Source: a virus
DNA length: 64,000 nucleotides
Virus record (IMG/VR): IMGVR_UViG_3300046314_000658
Direction: 5' to 3' (one strand)
Each line of letters begins with the position of its first letter. Positions within the stretch are counted from its first letter, which is position 1. Under the pieces are notes generated by a model. It was not told where the DNA came from and did not search any database. It saw only the letters and a program-made list of their open reading frames with translations. The position numbers and the translations under genes are program-made. This document shows positions 17,996 to 26,724 of the stretch, piece by piece.

Positions 17996-20443
17996 TTAGA
18001 CTGAAGTTAGTTTAATGTAATTTTGAATTTGTTCACAAGCTGCCACATAATCTCGTGTACCATATGAGCTGTGGCGAAGTGCTGTATTAACATATGGCAA
18101 TAGTGGAAATTCCAATACCAGCTGTTTATTAAGGTCTGCAACTTCACGATACGCTGTTGCTGCTACAACACTCGCTTCATTGACCTGCTTTGCAATATCG
18201 TGAAGTTGAGCATCAAGAGGAGCGTGAGAAGAGCGGTCAATTGCATTGAGGGTGTTCACCATCAATTTAATCGCGCTATGGTTAGCGGTCGCGTTAGACT
18301 GTGCGGTCGCGTTACAGACGAATGAGCTTACCAAGCGCTTTAACTCATTAACTGTCTTACTCTTCACAGTATCAATTGTTGAGACGGCACATAGTGCAAC
18401 ATTTTGGTTTCCGTAGTTTGAATGCCACTGCAAATGGTACGCTCCAGCAGTGGCAACCCTTACGGCATTTGCATATACCCACGAGCGGATGAGGGTTTCA
18501 AGATTCTGAGCTTGTTGAATAAAGGTTTTCACTTTTTTTACCCCCATTGCGGATGACTTGATCCCAACTAACAGGATTTTATCCGGACCAACTACTTTGG
18601 TTAGGTAGTTCCACAGTTCGGCAAAGTCGTCGGTAATCTCGTTAAACACAACATCTTTAGCACTATTAGTGTATGTAAACTGAGGCACGCCACGAATTTG
18701 TGGAACAAATACTACGTGTTTATACTTGAGACTTTTAATGTACACATCTAGCTGAGCTTCGTCTACTGTGGTCCACTCATTAAGTGCATACCTGTCTGGG
18801 CACTTTGTACTAGTGATACTAGGATTAAAAACTTTGAATGTATCATCAGCACGTGTGATCGTTGAAGGATTGGTACCCTTCTTCGGAGCGGCAGCTAAGG
18901 TAGAGGCATATACAACAGAAACAAAGCTACCTGGAACATTGAATGCTTCCAACAATTCTGTAACAGCGGTGTTGAATCGAACTGTATCAGCAATCTTAAC
19001 TCCACGTGGGGCTGAGATTGAAAACACCTCACCTTTGTGTGTCGCAGATGCGTTGTTGAGATAGTGAAACTTCAACTTTGACGTTCCGCCTTTCGCTTCA
19101 TCAAGCACAACAAAAGTAATCCTTTCACCTGGAATAGAAAACGACAGATTTGTGTTAATACTCTCGGTAACACTTACAGTTACTGTACCATCTGCAGCCA
19201 CGACACGTCTGGGAGTTGAGATGCGCAGTGGGACTGGCTCCATTTTACGACGCAGATTCGATTGTAGTGACAAATCATGCTTCGCAAGTGCTGATTCTAG
19301 TTTGACAGCATCGGTTGGTACGTATGTACCATCGATCGAGATTTCCTTTCCCTTCCACATCAACTTACCACCAGTCGTGTAGGTAATAATACTGCGCAGA
19401 CGATCACCACGCAGAACACGGCAAAATTTAACCACATCCCACATAGTAGGCAACTCGCTAAACTGGTCCTGAATGTGTTTGCCGATACCTTCACCAATCT
19501 TGACCAACTTATCCAGAATAACAGCGACTGTTTGTTCTGTATACTGCAACTCTTCACGAGACGCGCTGAAATCCAATGACCCGATTGGGAAGGTAATGAT
19601 GATTGGCAGTTCCAACAATTTGGTTATCAGGTTAACCTCTTGTAAGCCTGAGAAGCCTGAGAAACGCTCGCGGAACGCATTAGAAGCAAGTACTGTAGAT
19701 TTTGCGAGTGGGTACGGTACGTTACCTTGGATAGCAAGCGCAGTCGACAGAGGACCCCCTGACTTTGCAACAAACCAGTCAGTTCCACCAAACTCACGCT
19801 CAACATGACGTAGTGTGGTACGACCTTGCAAGCCACCCAATATTTTAGGTGGAGTTGAACCCCAAGTTGTGAAGAATGATTGCACTTTGGAGGTGAACTT
19901 TTCAAAGTCGACCTGTTTTACAGCGAAGTTCACCTCCAGACCAGACGGCTCATCAGAGTCTGAGACATCAAGCAGAGCAATCGATGGGATGCCATCTGCA
20001 GTTTTAAAGGCAGAATACACCAACTTCAGACCAGTGTGCCAGCTCGTAATCGTGTAGTTGCTTGTATATGAGAATGGTGACTTTGAACCAAGCCCCAATG
20101 CACCAACTACATCATTCGATTTAGTTTTCGTACTCTCGAAGAATTTAGTATAGATGCTGTCAATTTGTTCGGCAGACATGCCAGTACCATAATCGCGAAT
20201 CGCAAAAAACGGTTCGAGTTGGTTGGGTAGATGAATGTCGAATGGTTTGTCTGGGTTACCATTAGTGACATGAGAATCTGACGCATTGCACGCCAGTTCA
20301 CGCACCACAGCGAGAATGGGGTCCTTGTACAACATTGATGATAAAATATCAAATGTCTTACCTGTCAACGCAATCGAGTATTGCTTGGATTGCAATCCAC
20401 TACTCATAGTGGTAGCCGTACCTGAGGATGAGAGAGGAATCAT
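17996..20443 (-). CDS. rIIA: rIIA-like protein (GHKL ATPase N-terminus)
   Basis: LYKDPILAVVRELACNASD, IRDYGTGM, GALGLGSKSPF, FSASREEL; adjacent to rIIB. Confidence 0.9.
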   Translation of the reverse strand: MIPLSSSGTATTMSSGLQSKQYSIALTGKTFDILSSMLYKDPILAVVRELACNASDSHVTNGNPDKPFDIHLPNQLEPFFAIRDYGTGMSAEQIDSIYTKFFESTKTKSNDVVGALGLGSKSPFSYTSNYTITSWHTGLKLVYSAFKTADGIPSIALLDVSDSDEPSGLEVNFAVKQVDFEKFTSKVQSFFTTWGSTPPKILGGLQGRTTLRHVEREFGGTDWFVAKSGGPLSTALAIQGNVPYPLAKSTVLASNAFRERFSGFSGLQEVNLITKLLELPIIITFPIGSLDFSASREELQYTEQTVAVILDKLVKIGEGIGKHIQDQFSELPTMWDVVKFCRVLRGDRLRSIITYTTGGKLMWKGKEISIDGTYVPTDAVKLESALAKHDLSLQSNLRRKMEPVPLRISTPRRVVAADGTVTVSVTESINTNLSFSIPGERITFVVLDEAKGGTSKLKFHYLNNASATHKGEVFSISAPRGVKIADTVRFNTAVTELLEAFNVPGSFVSVVYASTLAAAPKKGTNPSTITRADDTFKVFNPSITSTKCPDRYALNEWTTVDEAQLDVYIKSLKYKHVVFVPQIRGVPQFTYTNSAKDVVFNEITDDFAELWNYLTKVVGPDKILLVGIKSSAMGVKKVKTFIQQAQNLETLIRSWVYANAVRVATAGAYHLQWHSNYGNQNVALCAVSTIDTVKSKTVNELKRLVSSFVCNATAQSNATANHSAIKLMVNTLNAIDRSSHAPLDAQLHDIAKQVNEASVVAATAYREVADLNKQLVLEFPLLPYVNTALRHSSYGTRDYVAACEQIQNYIKLTSV

Positions 20444-20449
20444 TTTGTA

Positions 20450-20959
20450 TTACAAGTTTAAAAGATTGAGAAGAGTCTGTCGCGTTGTTGCAGCCGATGT
20501 ATGGAGAATTCCTACTCCACCAGCCTCAATCCAATTGTGAATATTGGGTTGTCGGTCATCGATTAGGATTTCAATTACTCCAGCCTCGATATATTTTTGT
20601 TTATCTCGAGACAAGCACACAACCACATCAACAATCTCAGGAACATACCGACTAACCCACGCAATCTTATCACAAGTTGCAGTAGGCATACTATCCTTAC
20701 GAGGACGGCCTGTGATAACACGCTGTTTGAAGCCAAGTGCATGCAGCATGTGAACTAGACTTACTACATCATCGTACGGGCAGAGATCAGCGAAAAGGTT
20801 TGAATGCCTTTCCAACGTTGGCCACAGCAACTTCTGTGCATCAAGCACGTGTGGTAATTGTCCCGTAAGTTCGAGCACACGCTCGTCAAATTGAGCAAGG
20901 ACGCCGTCACAGTCCCAATTCACCCTAACTAACTCTTTTGTATATGGTGGTGTATTCAT
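20450..20959 (-). CDS. 5'(3')-deoxyribonucleotidase (HAD)
   Basis: DCDGVLAQF, ITGRP, K..W, ILIDDR...W..AGG.GI. Confidence 0.8.
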   Translation of the reverse strand: MNTPPYTKELVRVNWDCDGVLAQFDERVLELTGQLPHVLDAQKLLWPTLERHSNLFADLCPYDDVVSLVHMLHALGFKQRVITGRPRKDSMPTATCDKIAWVSRYVPEIVDVVVCLSRDKQKYIEAGVIEILIDDRQPNIHNWIEAGGVGILHTSAATTRQTLLNLLNL

Positions 20960-21252
20960 TATAGTAATCCGTATGTTCTTGCTCGTGTAGCACTAATGTA
21001 GTCACGGGTGGTATTGATAAAATCATCTTCGGTCTCAAATCTGGCGACATCGTGGAGGTCGGGTGGACCCAATAACTCCATTACTGCTTCTAACAAGACA
21101 GCTTCGTAACCTCGTCCCATAGAAATGCCAGCTGCATCATACCGTTGCCACAAAATAGTTAATAAAGTACGTGCACGAACACCAGGAGATACTGGAAGCG
21201 CATCCATTCGCTGTTGTGGAGATAGTAGAGACATTTGCTTCATGATCACCAT
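20959..21252 (-). CDS. Hypothetical protein
   Basis: ORF whose start probably lies downstream of the terminator at 21266-21297 (21252 or 21243). Confidence 0.5.
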   Translation of the reverse strand: MVIMKQMSLLSPQQRMDALPVSPGVRARTLLTILWQRYDAAGISMGRGYEAVLLEAVMELLGPPDLHDVARFETEDDFINTTRDYISATRARTYGLL

Positions 21253-21265
21253 CTTACTGAAATGG

Positions 21266-21297
21266 AAAAAAGGGGTCAACACTACTGCTGACCCCCC
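21266..21297 (-). terminator. Intrinsic terminator
   Basis: GGGGTCAGCA-gtag-TGTTGACCCC followed by TTTTTT on the minus strand. Confidence 0.8.
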
Positions 21298-21342
21298 AAT
21301 ACTAGCTTTGGACTAGTGATCTATTTTAAGAAAATAACCTTA

Positions 21343-21570
21343 CTACAACCACAATGGAGTAGCAGATTGGGTAAGTGTACCTTCTACTAACTGCTTAATC
21401 GTAGCACTACCATCAGTGTGTTCGATCAAACGAGCTTTGCGGCCAGTTGATGCAAATCGGCGGACTATCCAGTTGATCGGAGCATCAGTGTGTGCAACAC
21501 AATCGAGACGATATGTTGTATAAATTGTCTCTAACTCACGAATTTCAGATTCACGTAGCTCAACTAACAT
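21343..21570 (-). CDS. Hypothetical protein
   Basis: Start MLVELRE at 21570 with GGAG SD, immediately after the queD stop. Confidence 0.55.
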   Translation of the reverse strand: MLVELRESEIRELETIYTTYRLDCVAHTDAPINWIVRRFASTGRKARLIEHTDGSATIKQLVEGTLTQSATPLWL

Positions 21571-21571
21571 A

Positions 21572-22096
21572 TCAGTCTCCCAGCAAATCTTCATTCCATT
21601 CGCGGTGACCAATTCTGTATGCCATATTACTTTCAGTTTCTCTGACAGAAACTTTATAGCACCAAATTCGAGCAGCTTCTCCACTGCCCCAGTAGTCTGG
21701 AATGAACACTCCGTTGATATATTTGTACAACATATCAGCAATTCCTTCACACCCAAGACGTGGAAGCTCAATTACCTTTGCAATCCCTCGCTTATTTGCT
21801 TCTCGATACCAATCAATTTCAGGATCACTAGAACTAACCAATAGAGTATGATCGAAGTTATTTTGGAGAAACTCCTTCAGGGGGCGCAAAGAGCCGTAGT
21901 CGACGCTCCAGTTCCTACAATCGAGATCATTTGTTCCGAAGTAAAACTTCATCGAGAAGGCATATCCGTGAATCTTATTGCAACCTGGAATGTTACCTGG
22001 TTTATCATCAGCGAGATACTGACGATATGCTACTGGAAACGCGTCAACATATTCTTTGGTTGAGGTGAAGCGATACGTAATTGGTGGATAATCCAT
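21572..22096 (-). CDS. queD: 6-carboxy-tetrahydropterin synthase / PTPS
   Basis: CNKIHGY, VDYGSL, FDHTLLV, VRETESN; T-fold motifs; near folE. Confidence 0.85.
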   Translation of the reverse strand: MDYPPITYRFTSTKEYVDAFPVAYRQYLADDKPGNIPGCNKIHGYAFSMKFYFGTNDLDCRNWSVDYGSLRPLKEFLQNNFDHTLLVSSSDPEIDWYREANKRGIAKVIELPRLGCEGIADMLYKYINGVFIPDYWGSGEAARIWCYKVSVRETESNMAYRIGHREWNEDLLGD

Positions 22097-22110
22097 AATT
22101 TTCCTAAGTT

Positions 22111-22156
22111 CAGCAGCGGAATATTTTACGAGGGAACGATGCTGGTACAGTCCTCA
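22111..22156 (-). ncRNA. Candidate cis-regulatory H-type pseudoknot (preQ1-I-like) in the queD leader
   Basis: P1 UGAGG/CCUCG; P2 CAGCA/UGCUG; A-rich linker UAAAAUA; ends 5 nt before SD AGGA; TAAATA at 22173-22178. Confidence 0.5.
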
Positions 22157-22255
22157 ATGTTTTACAATAGTGTATTTAGATAGTGGTATCAACAGGTCGA
22201 GTTGATTGGTACTATTGGTACTGATCTACGTTGCCATTTAATTTTTAGTATGCGA

Positions 22256-23950
22256 TCAACAATCTGGCAACCATTCATATACACTTGTACCACAGTCCCA
22301 GAATCTATCAAACTTATTCTCTAACATATTCTCGTATAGTGTTTTTTGCTCGTCGAACTTTGGAACAACATCTGCTATATTTGCTTTTGTAAATTTATTA
22401 GGAGAACACAAAAATGGTGTCTTAGATGCTGTGCTAAAATAGTAACCAACTGGTGGAGTAGTGCGAACTAGTTCAAACCCACTTTCCCTCGCATACTGTT
22501 CAGGTAGTCGTCTATCAGTCTGGTGAATAACTTTCACAATGCTATGTTGCTTACAGAAAGATGATATTAACTGTCGCAATAAGCCTGGAACATAAGTGTC
22601 TGTTGCATATGAAAAATTATCAATTCTGACTATATTATTATCAATACCACTCAACGCGAGTGCAGCGATTAACTGCCGATTAACTCGAACTCCATAGAAA
22701 TATTTAGATTGATTAGAAATTCCAGTTATAGCGTTCTCTGTAAAAAACCAATCAGCATCTCTTCTGGATATTGGATATGCAGCACAGTCATTTACGTCAT
22801 ACTTGATTGGAGATAACTCCAATGCACGCTTAATTAAACTCTCAGTTGCAGAACGGTGGTAATACCAATCTGGTTCTAATATTTGGAGCAGTGTGTACCC
22901 ACTTTTCTCACACAATTGGGTTTTTAGTAGATGTTTATTTCTACCAACGTGAGATTCCCGATGCCAATATAACCCGTTGTATTCAATTGCTATGTGTTTA
23001 GTTGGTATTACTATGTCCAATTCATATGGATGTATAAGTGATCGATTGGATACTTCACACGGAACAAGCGAGTTTACAAAATTGGCAATTTCAATTTCAG
23101 CAGATGAGCGGAATTGATCCTTGCGAATTGAGATCCTGTGCTGATTCAAATACTTTAAAACTGTTGTATCCGATACCTCTCCGTGTAACAAGTATGTAGC
23201 GATGTGAGTGGAAGATAATGTTTGATTTGTATACGCATTTGTCATCCACTCAACATTTTCCAATTTCGCCATAACTTCAAGTGATATGTGTCTCTGAGAC
23301 AGCGTTCTACCACCATTTTCTAATCTAGTGTTAGCTTCAATTGCATCCTGTATGTCAACACTTTGAAATGGAAAATCATGACCGTAACGAGATTGTCTTG
23401 TTGCAAGCTGTTTTGCTTTAACATCGGGTAATAATGCAGTAGATGTTACACCGTACTTTTCAAAAGTATTGTCTCGTACTTTCTGTTGAATTTTATCACT
23501 TTGAAATGGAGTTGCAGACCCGTATCGTTCTATACAGGTTGCGTGTTGCTTTGCACGAATAGTAGGAGATAGCCCAGCAGATTTTACCCCATACTTTTTA
23601 ATCATAGTCGCTTCTTTACGCGACTGCGTTTCAGGAGAGGCTTGTGCACACTTACGACCACAAAATGGTTTATACCCCTGCATTCTGCTAGTGAATTTAA
23701 CTGAAAGTTGATTGCAATGCTTACATTTTACAAGTTCGGTGACACCGTGTTCTAATGCATGTATGCGTTGGTCATTGCGTGCATGCGGGCCGAGGAATGC
23801 TGTTCTATCAATGTACGCGACCCACCAATCTGGCAACACTGGATGGTGTCGAGTCCAATGCTCTACAAGTTTTCCATTTATACGCCCGTCTGGTTTAAGA
23901 ATTCCAGAAAGTTTTAAGTGATCCATAAGCTGCTGGTCAGTGAATATCAT
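22256..23950 (-). mobile_element. Free-standing homing endonuclease (T..xxYG repeats plus PD-(D/E)XK domain) between folE and queD
   Basis: TMIKKYGV, TCIERYGS, TFEKYGV repeats; YELDIVIP..IAIEYNGLYWH; C-terminal WDCG. Confidence 0.75.
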
Positions 23951-24019
23951 GGTTGAGTTACATTACTTTGTAATATTTACATGTATTTATCGACCAGCCC
24001 TAAATTTTTAGGATACTAG

Positions 24020-24718
24020 TCAACTTGCTAGTTTATCTCGAGCAATTGCCAGAAATTCTTGTCGAACGTACGGATTATTGACAAACTTGCCACTCATCGC
24101 GCACGTAACAGTATCAGCTGCAGTGTCTTTTGCACCACGTGTTGACATACACAAGTGAGCCATTGAAGCAAACACTGCAACATCATCGGACTTGGTGATA
24201 AACTTTATTGCTTCTAAGATCTGGTGTGTCAATCGTTCCTGCACTTGAGGTCGGGCGGAAAAGAAACTAACAACCCGACTAACTTTTGATAATCCTAACA
24301 CACGCTCGTTGGGAATATAAGCTACTACTACTGCGGGTTTGTTTAAACCACCTGCAGGAATTATACTTAAAAGGTGATGTTCGCACTGAGACACCGCAGA
24401 ACATGCGATGTTTACAAACTCATCAGGCGCCGACATTTTGTTATCTACAGTGGTGCACTTTGGGAAATTATTGTAATCCAAGCCCCACATAAAGTCATTG
24501 ACCCACATTTTACCAACACGATTAGGGGTATCAATCAAACTGTCATCAGTCAAATCTAACCCCAACGCCTCAAGCATTGTTCTTGTAGATGCGGCGATAA
24601 TATCAATTTGCTCTTGTTTAGACAGTTTTTGCTCAATCATTGGAGTCTCGAGCCCTAGTGAAATTAAGTGTTCGTGGACTTGTTTGCCGAGTTCGGGATT
24701 TGCTTTGCTCATTTTCAT
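24020..24718 (-). CDS. folE: GTP cyclohydrolase I
   Basis: DTPNRV, SQCEHHL, GLSKVSR, RPQVQERLT, HLCMSTRG. Confidence 0.92.
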   Translation of the reverse strand: MKMSKANPELGKQVHEHLISLGLETPMIEQKLSKQEQIDIIAASTRTMLEALGLDLTDDSLIDTPNRVGKMWVNDFMWGLDYNNFPKCTTVDNKMSAPDEFVNIACSAVSQCEHHLLSIIPAGGLNKPAVVVAYIPNERVLGLSKVSRVVSFFSARPQVQERLTHQILEAIKFITKSDDVAVFASMAHLCMSTRGAKDTAADTVTCAMSGKFVNNPYVRQEFLAIARDKLAS

Positions 24719-24746
24719 TATTTCCTTCTATTAATAAGAGTTCTAT

Positions 24747-25034
24747 TTACACTAGTTGAATGCCAGATACTTCTTGCAAGTACTGCTTTTCAAAGTCATT
24801 ATCTACTGCGATTGTAGCAACTACGTGCGCTACCGGAACGGTGATTGCCGACAAGTCGACTGCTGCCATAAAGATTGGTGTTAGTGCCAACCCCATTCCA
24901 CCTTTACCGTTTGGTACAAGTTGGAGGCGGCGTGGATCTTTCAGTGTGATGGTTCCATCATCACTAAGTTGTTGAGTGTGTTTACCAATCCACTCTTCAC
25001 CGTTTGTTACCTTGATTGCGATTACTGTTGTCAA
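24747..25034 (-). CDS. Sm-like fold small protein
   Basis: IKVTNGEEWIG...TLKDPR...YLQEVSGI. Confidence 0.65.
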   Translation of the reverse strand: MTTVIAIKVTNGEEWIGKHTQQLSDDGTITLKDPRRLQLVPNGKGGMGLALTPIFMAAVDLSAITVPVAHVVATIAVDNDFEKQYLQEVSGIQLV

Positions 25035-25603
25035 TTTGAGTCCTTATTTAAAATAGCATTTTGCACATATACAGATAGAATGTCCACTGATTCGAAGTTG
25101 TTATCAACTTCGTGATGGATTTCAGAGTGCTGCTCTACAAAGTTGCGAATTTTATCATCCATCACAATCGATTGTTCAAGTGTTTGCACTCGTCCCTCTT
25201 GTTTGAAGATTGATGGATCGCGCTTGATCCACAGGTTCAGATTTTGATACTTACTATTCAGTGCAAGTGATAATTTTTCAAACTCATCGTGTGGATATTC
25301 CGGAATGTACTCTCGTGCGTATGGAGCAAATAGTAGTAGCGGGCAATCGCTAACTACGACTCTGACCTTACCATCTAGTGCCCATAATTTTTGGTGCTGA
25401 TTAGCAAGCATCACCTCAGGGTGTTCGAGGACATTACCGTGATTGAGCCAAACTGACATCTTATGCCACTCATCAACATACTCACAATCAACACCAGATT
25501 GCTTTAATAGACCAGCAAGTAGTAGTGCTACGGTAGTTTTACCGACACCCGCACCTGAGAAACAATTAATTACCAACAGTTTAGATTTCATTTTTAATTC
25601 CAC
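25031..25603 (-). CDS. P-loop kinase/ATPase (NadR/AAA_28-like)
   Basis: SGAGVGKTT, VVVSDCPLL, GRVQ. Confidence 0.75.
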   Translation of the reverse strand: MELKMKSKLLVINCFSGAGVGKTTVALLLAGLLKQSGVDCEYVDEWHKMSVWLNHGNVLEHPEVMLANQHQKLWALDGKVRVVVSDCPLLLFAPYAREYIPEYPHDEFEKLSLALNSKYQNLNLWIKRDPSIFKQEGRVQTLEQSIVMDDKIRNFVEQHSEIHHEVDNNFESVDILSVYVQNAILNKDSN

Positions 25604-26204
25604 TTACGGTGAATAGTTTATCGTGACCAGTAGCAAGCGTGCAGATTTGTGTTACTGTGATTTTATCTACAACTGCATCATAGGCATCAAAAGATGTAAC
25701 GATATCTTTCGTTTGCTCCACTGGAGTGAGGATTTCAATTTGATTAGGAAGAGTATTGATAGGAAAGGACTTGATTTCACACGTGTCCGTGAATACTACA
25801 ACGTCATATTGGTCAAATACTGCAAACTCGGTGTTATCTAGGATTGGACCAAAGAAATAGCTCTTGAATAAGTTCGGAGAATTGATGTATGTGTTTGCAG
25901 AGTCTTGCTCAGCTTGCGATTTAACGATTGTATCCACAACATAACTTGTGGAAAGATTTAATAGAATTTTTGCAAACAAGACTCCGTGATTCCCAATTGT
26001 GATAATGCGCTTCGGAGTTTCGTGTACTGTTCGATTAAGATGGGAGGCGAGTGCAAATATAGTAAGGAGTTGTCTACCAGATGCTGAAATGCCAGGACTG
26101 TACGATAGTGATAAGCTATCTGTAAGAATACTAATTGGAATTAGTGTTTGTGTTGAAAATGTTGGTTGGAAAAGTTCAGAAAAAGAAACAGAGGGAGTAG
26201 TCAT
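25581..26204 (-). CDS. Hypothetical protein
   Basis: 207-aa ORF within the operon. Confidence 0.55.
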   Translation of the reverse strand: MTTPSVSFSELFQPTFSTQTLIPISILTDSLSLSYSPGISASGRQLLTIFALASHLNRTVHETPKRIITIGNHGVLFAKILLNLSTSYVVDTIVKSQAEQDSANTYINSPNLFKSYFFGPILDNTEFAVFDQYDVVVFTDTCEIKSFPINTLPNQIEILTPVEQTKDIVTSFDAYDAVVDKITVTQICTLATGHDKLFTVSGIKNEI

Positions 26205-26266
26205 TAAACAATCATCGTTGGTGATAACTGAATATTACCCCCTCTGTGCAGGTGGTTACAACAAAA

Positions 26267-26623
26267 TTATGGTGTAGGTGCAGTGATTGGTACACCATAT
26301 TTTGCTAGCACAGCAAGCACTCGATCTTCAAATGGTGGCAAAGGTGTAGGAGTTGGGGCAGGTGTGGGGGGAGTAATAACTTGTGGAGCATAACTCACAA
26401 TCCCGGATGTTCCGACCGGGACTGAAACTACAGTGGCAGTTGATTCAATCCAACGATGAATTGGTGCATATTGTTCAACAATTGTACCAACATCCCCATC
26501 ATTAACAGGTAGTGGCATGCCAACAAGCATAGTTGGGTAACCTGCTGCCGTATATTCGACTTCCATCGTCTTCGACTCAGGTGATGATGTAATCACTTTA
26601 TACGTATATGTAATAGTTGACAT
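26267..26623 (-). CDS. Hypothetical protein, possibly a tail-fibre chaperone
   Basis: SD AAAGGA; follows a fibre gene; Pro/Thr tract. Confidence 0.6.
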   Translation of the reverse strand: MSTITYTYKVITSSPESKTMEVEYTAAGYPTMLVGMPLPVNDGDVGTIVEQYAPIHRWIESTATVVSVPVGTSGIVSYAPQVITPPTPAPTPTPLPPFEDRVLAVLAKYGVPITAPTP

Positions 26624-26724
26624 TTAATTTCCTTTTTAATACGAGGAGTACTCGATGCACGCCTCGTGATTCGTAATATACTTATGGTTAAATAAGCAGA
26701 GTGCCACGTCACACAGTTGGGTGA

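Noticed and set aside
23951-24025. Translation-occluding hairpin for the folE-queD endonuclease
   Set aside because: Two tandem TAAATA boxes are present, but only a weak 5-bp pairing with the start region was found.
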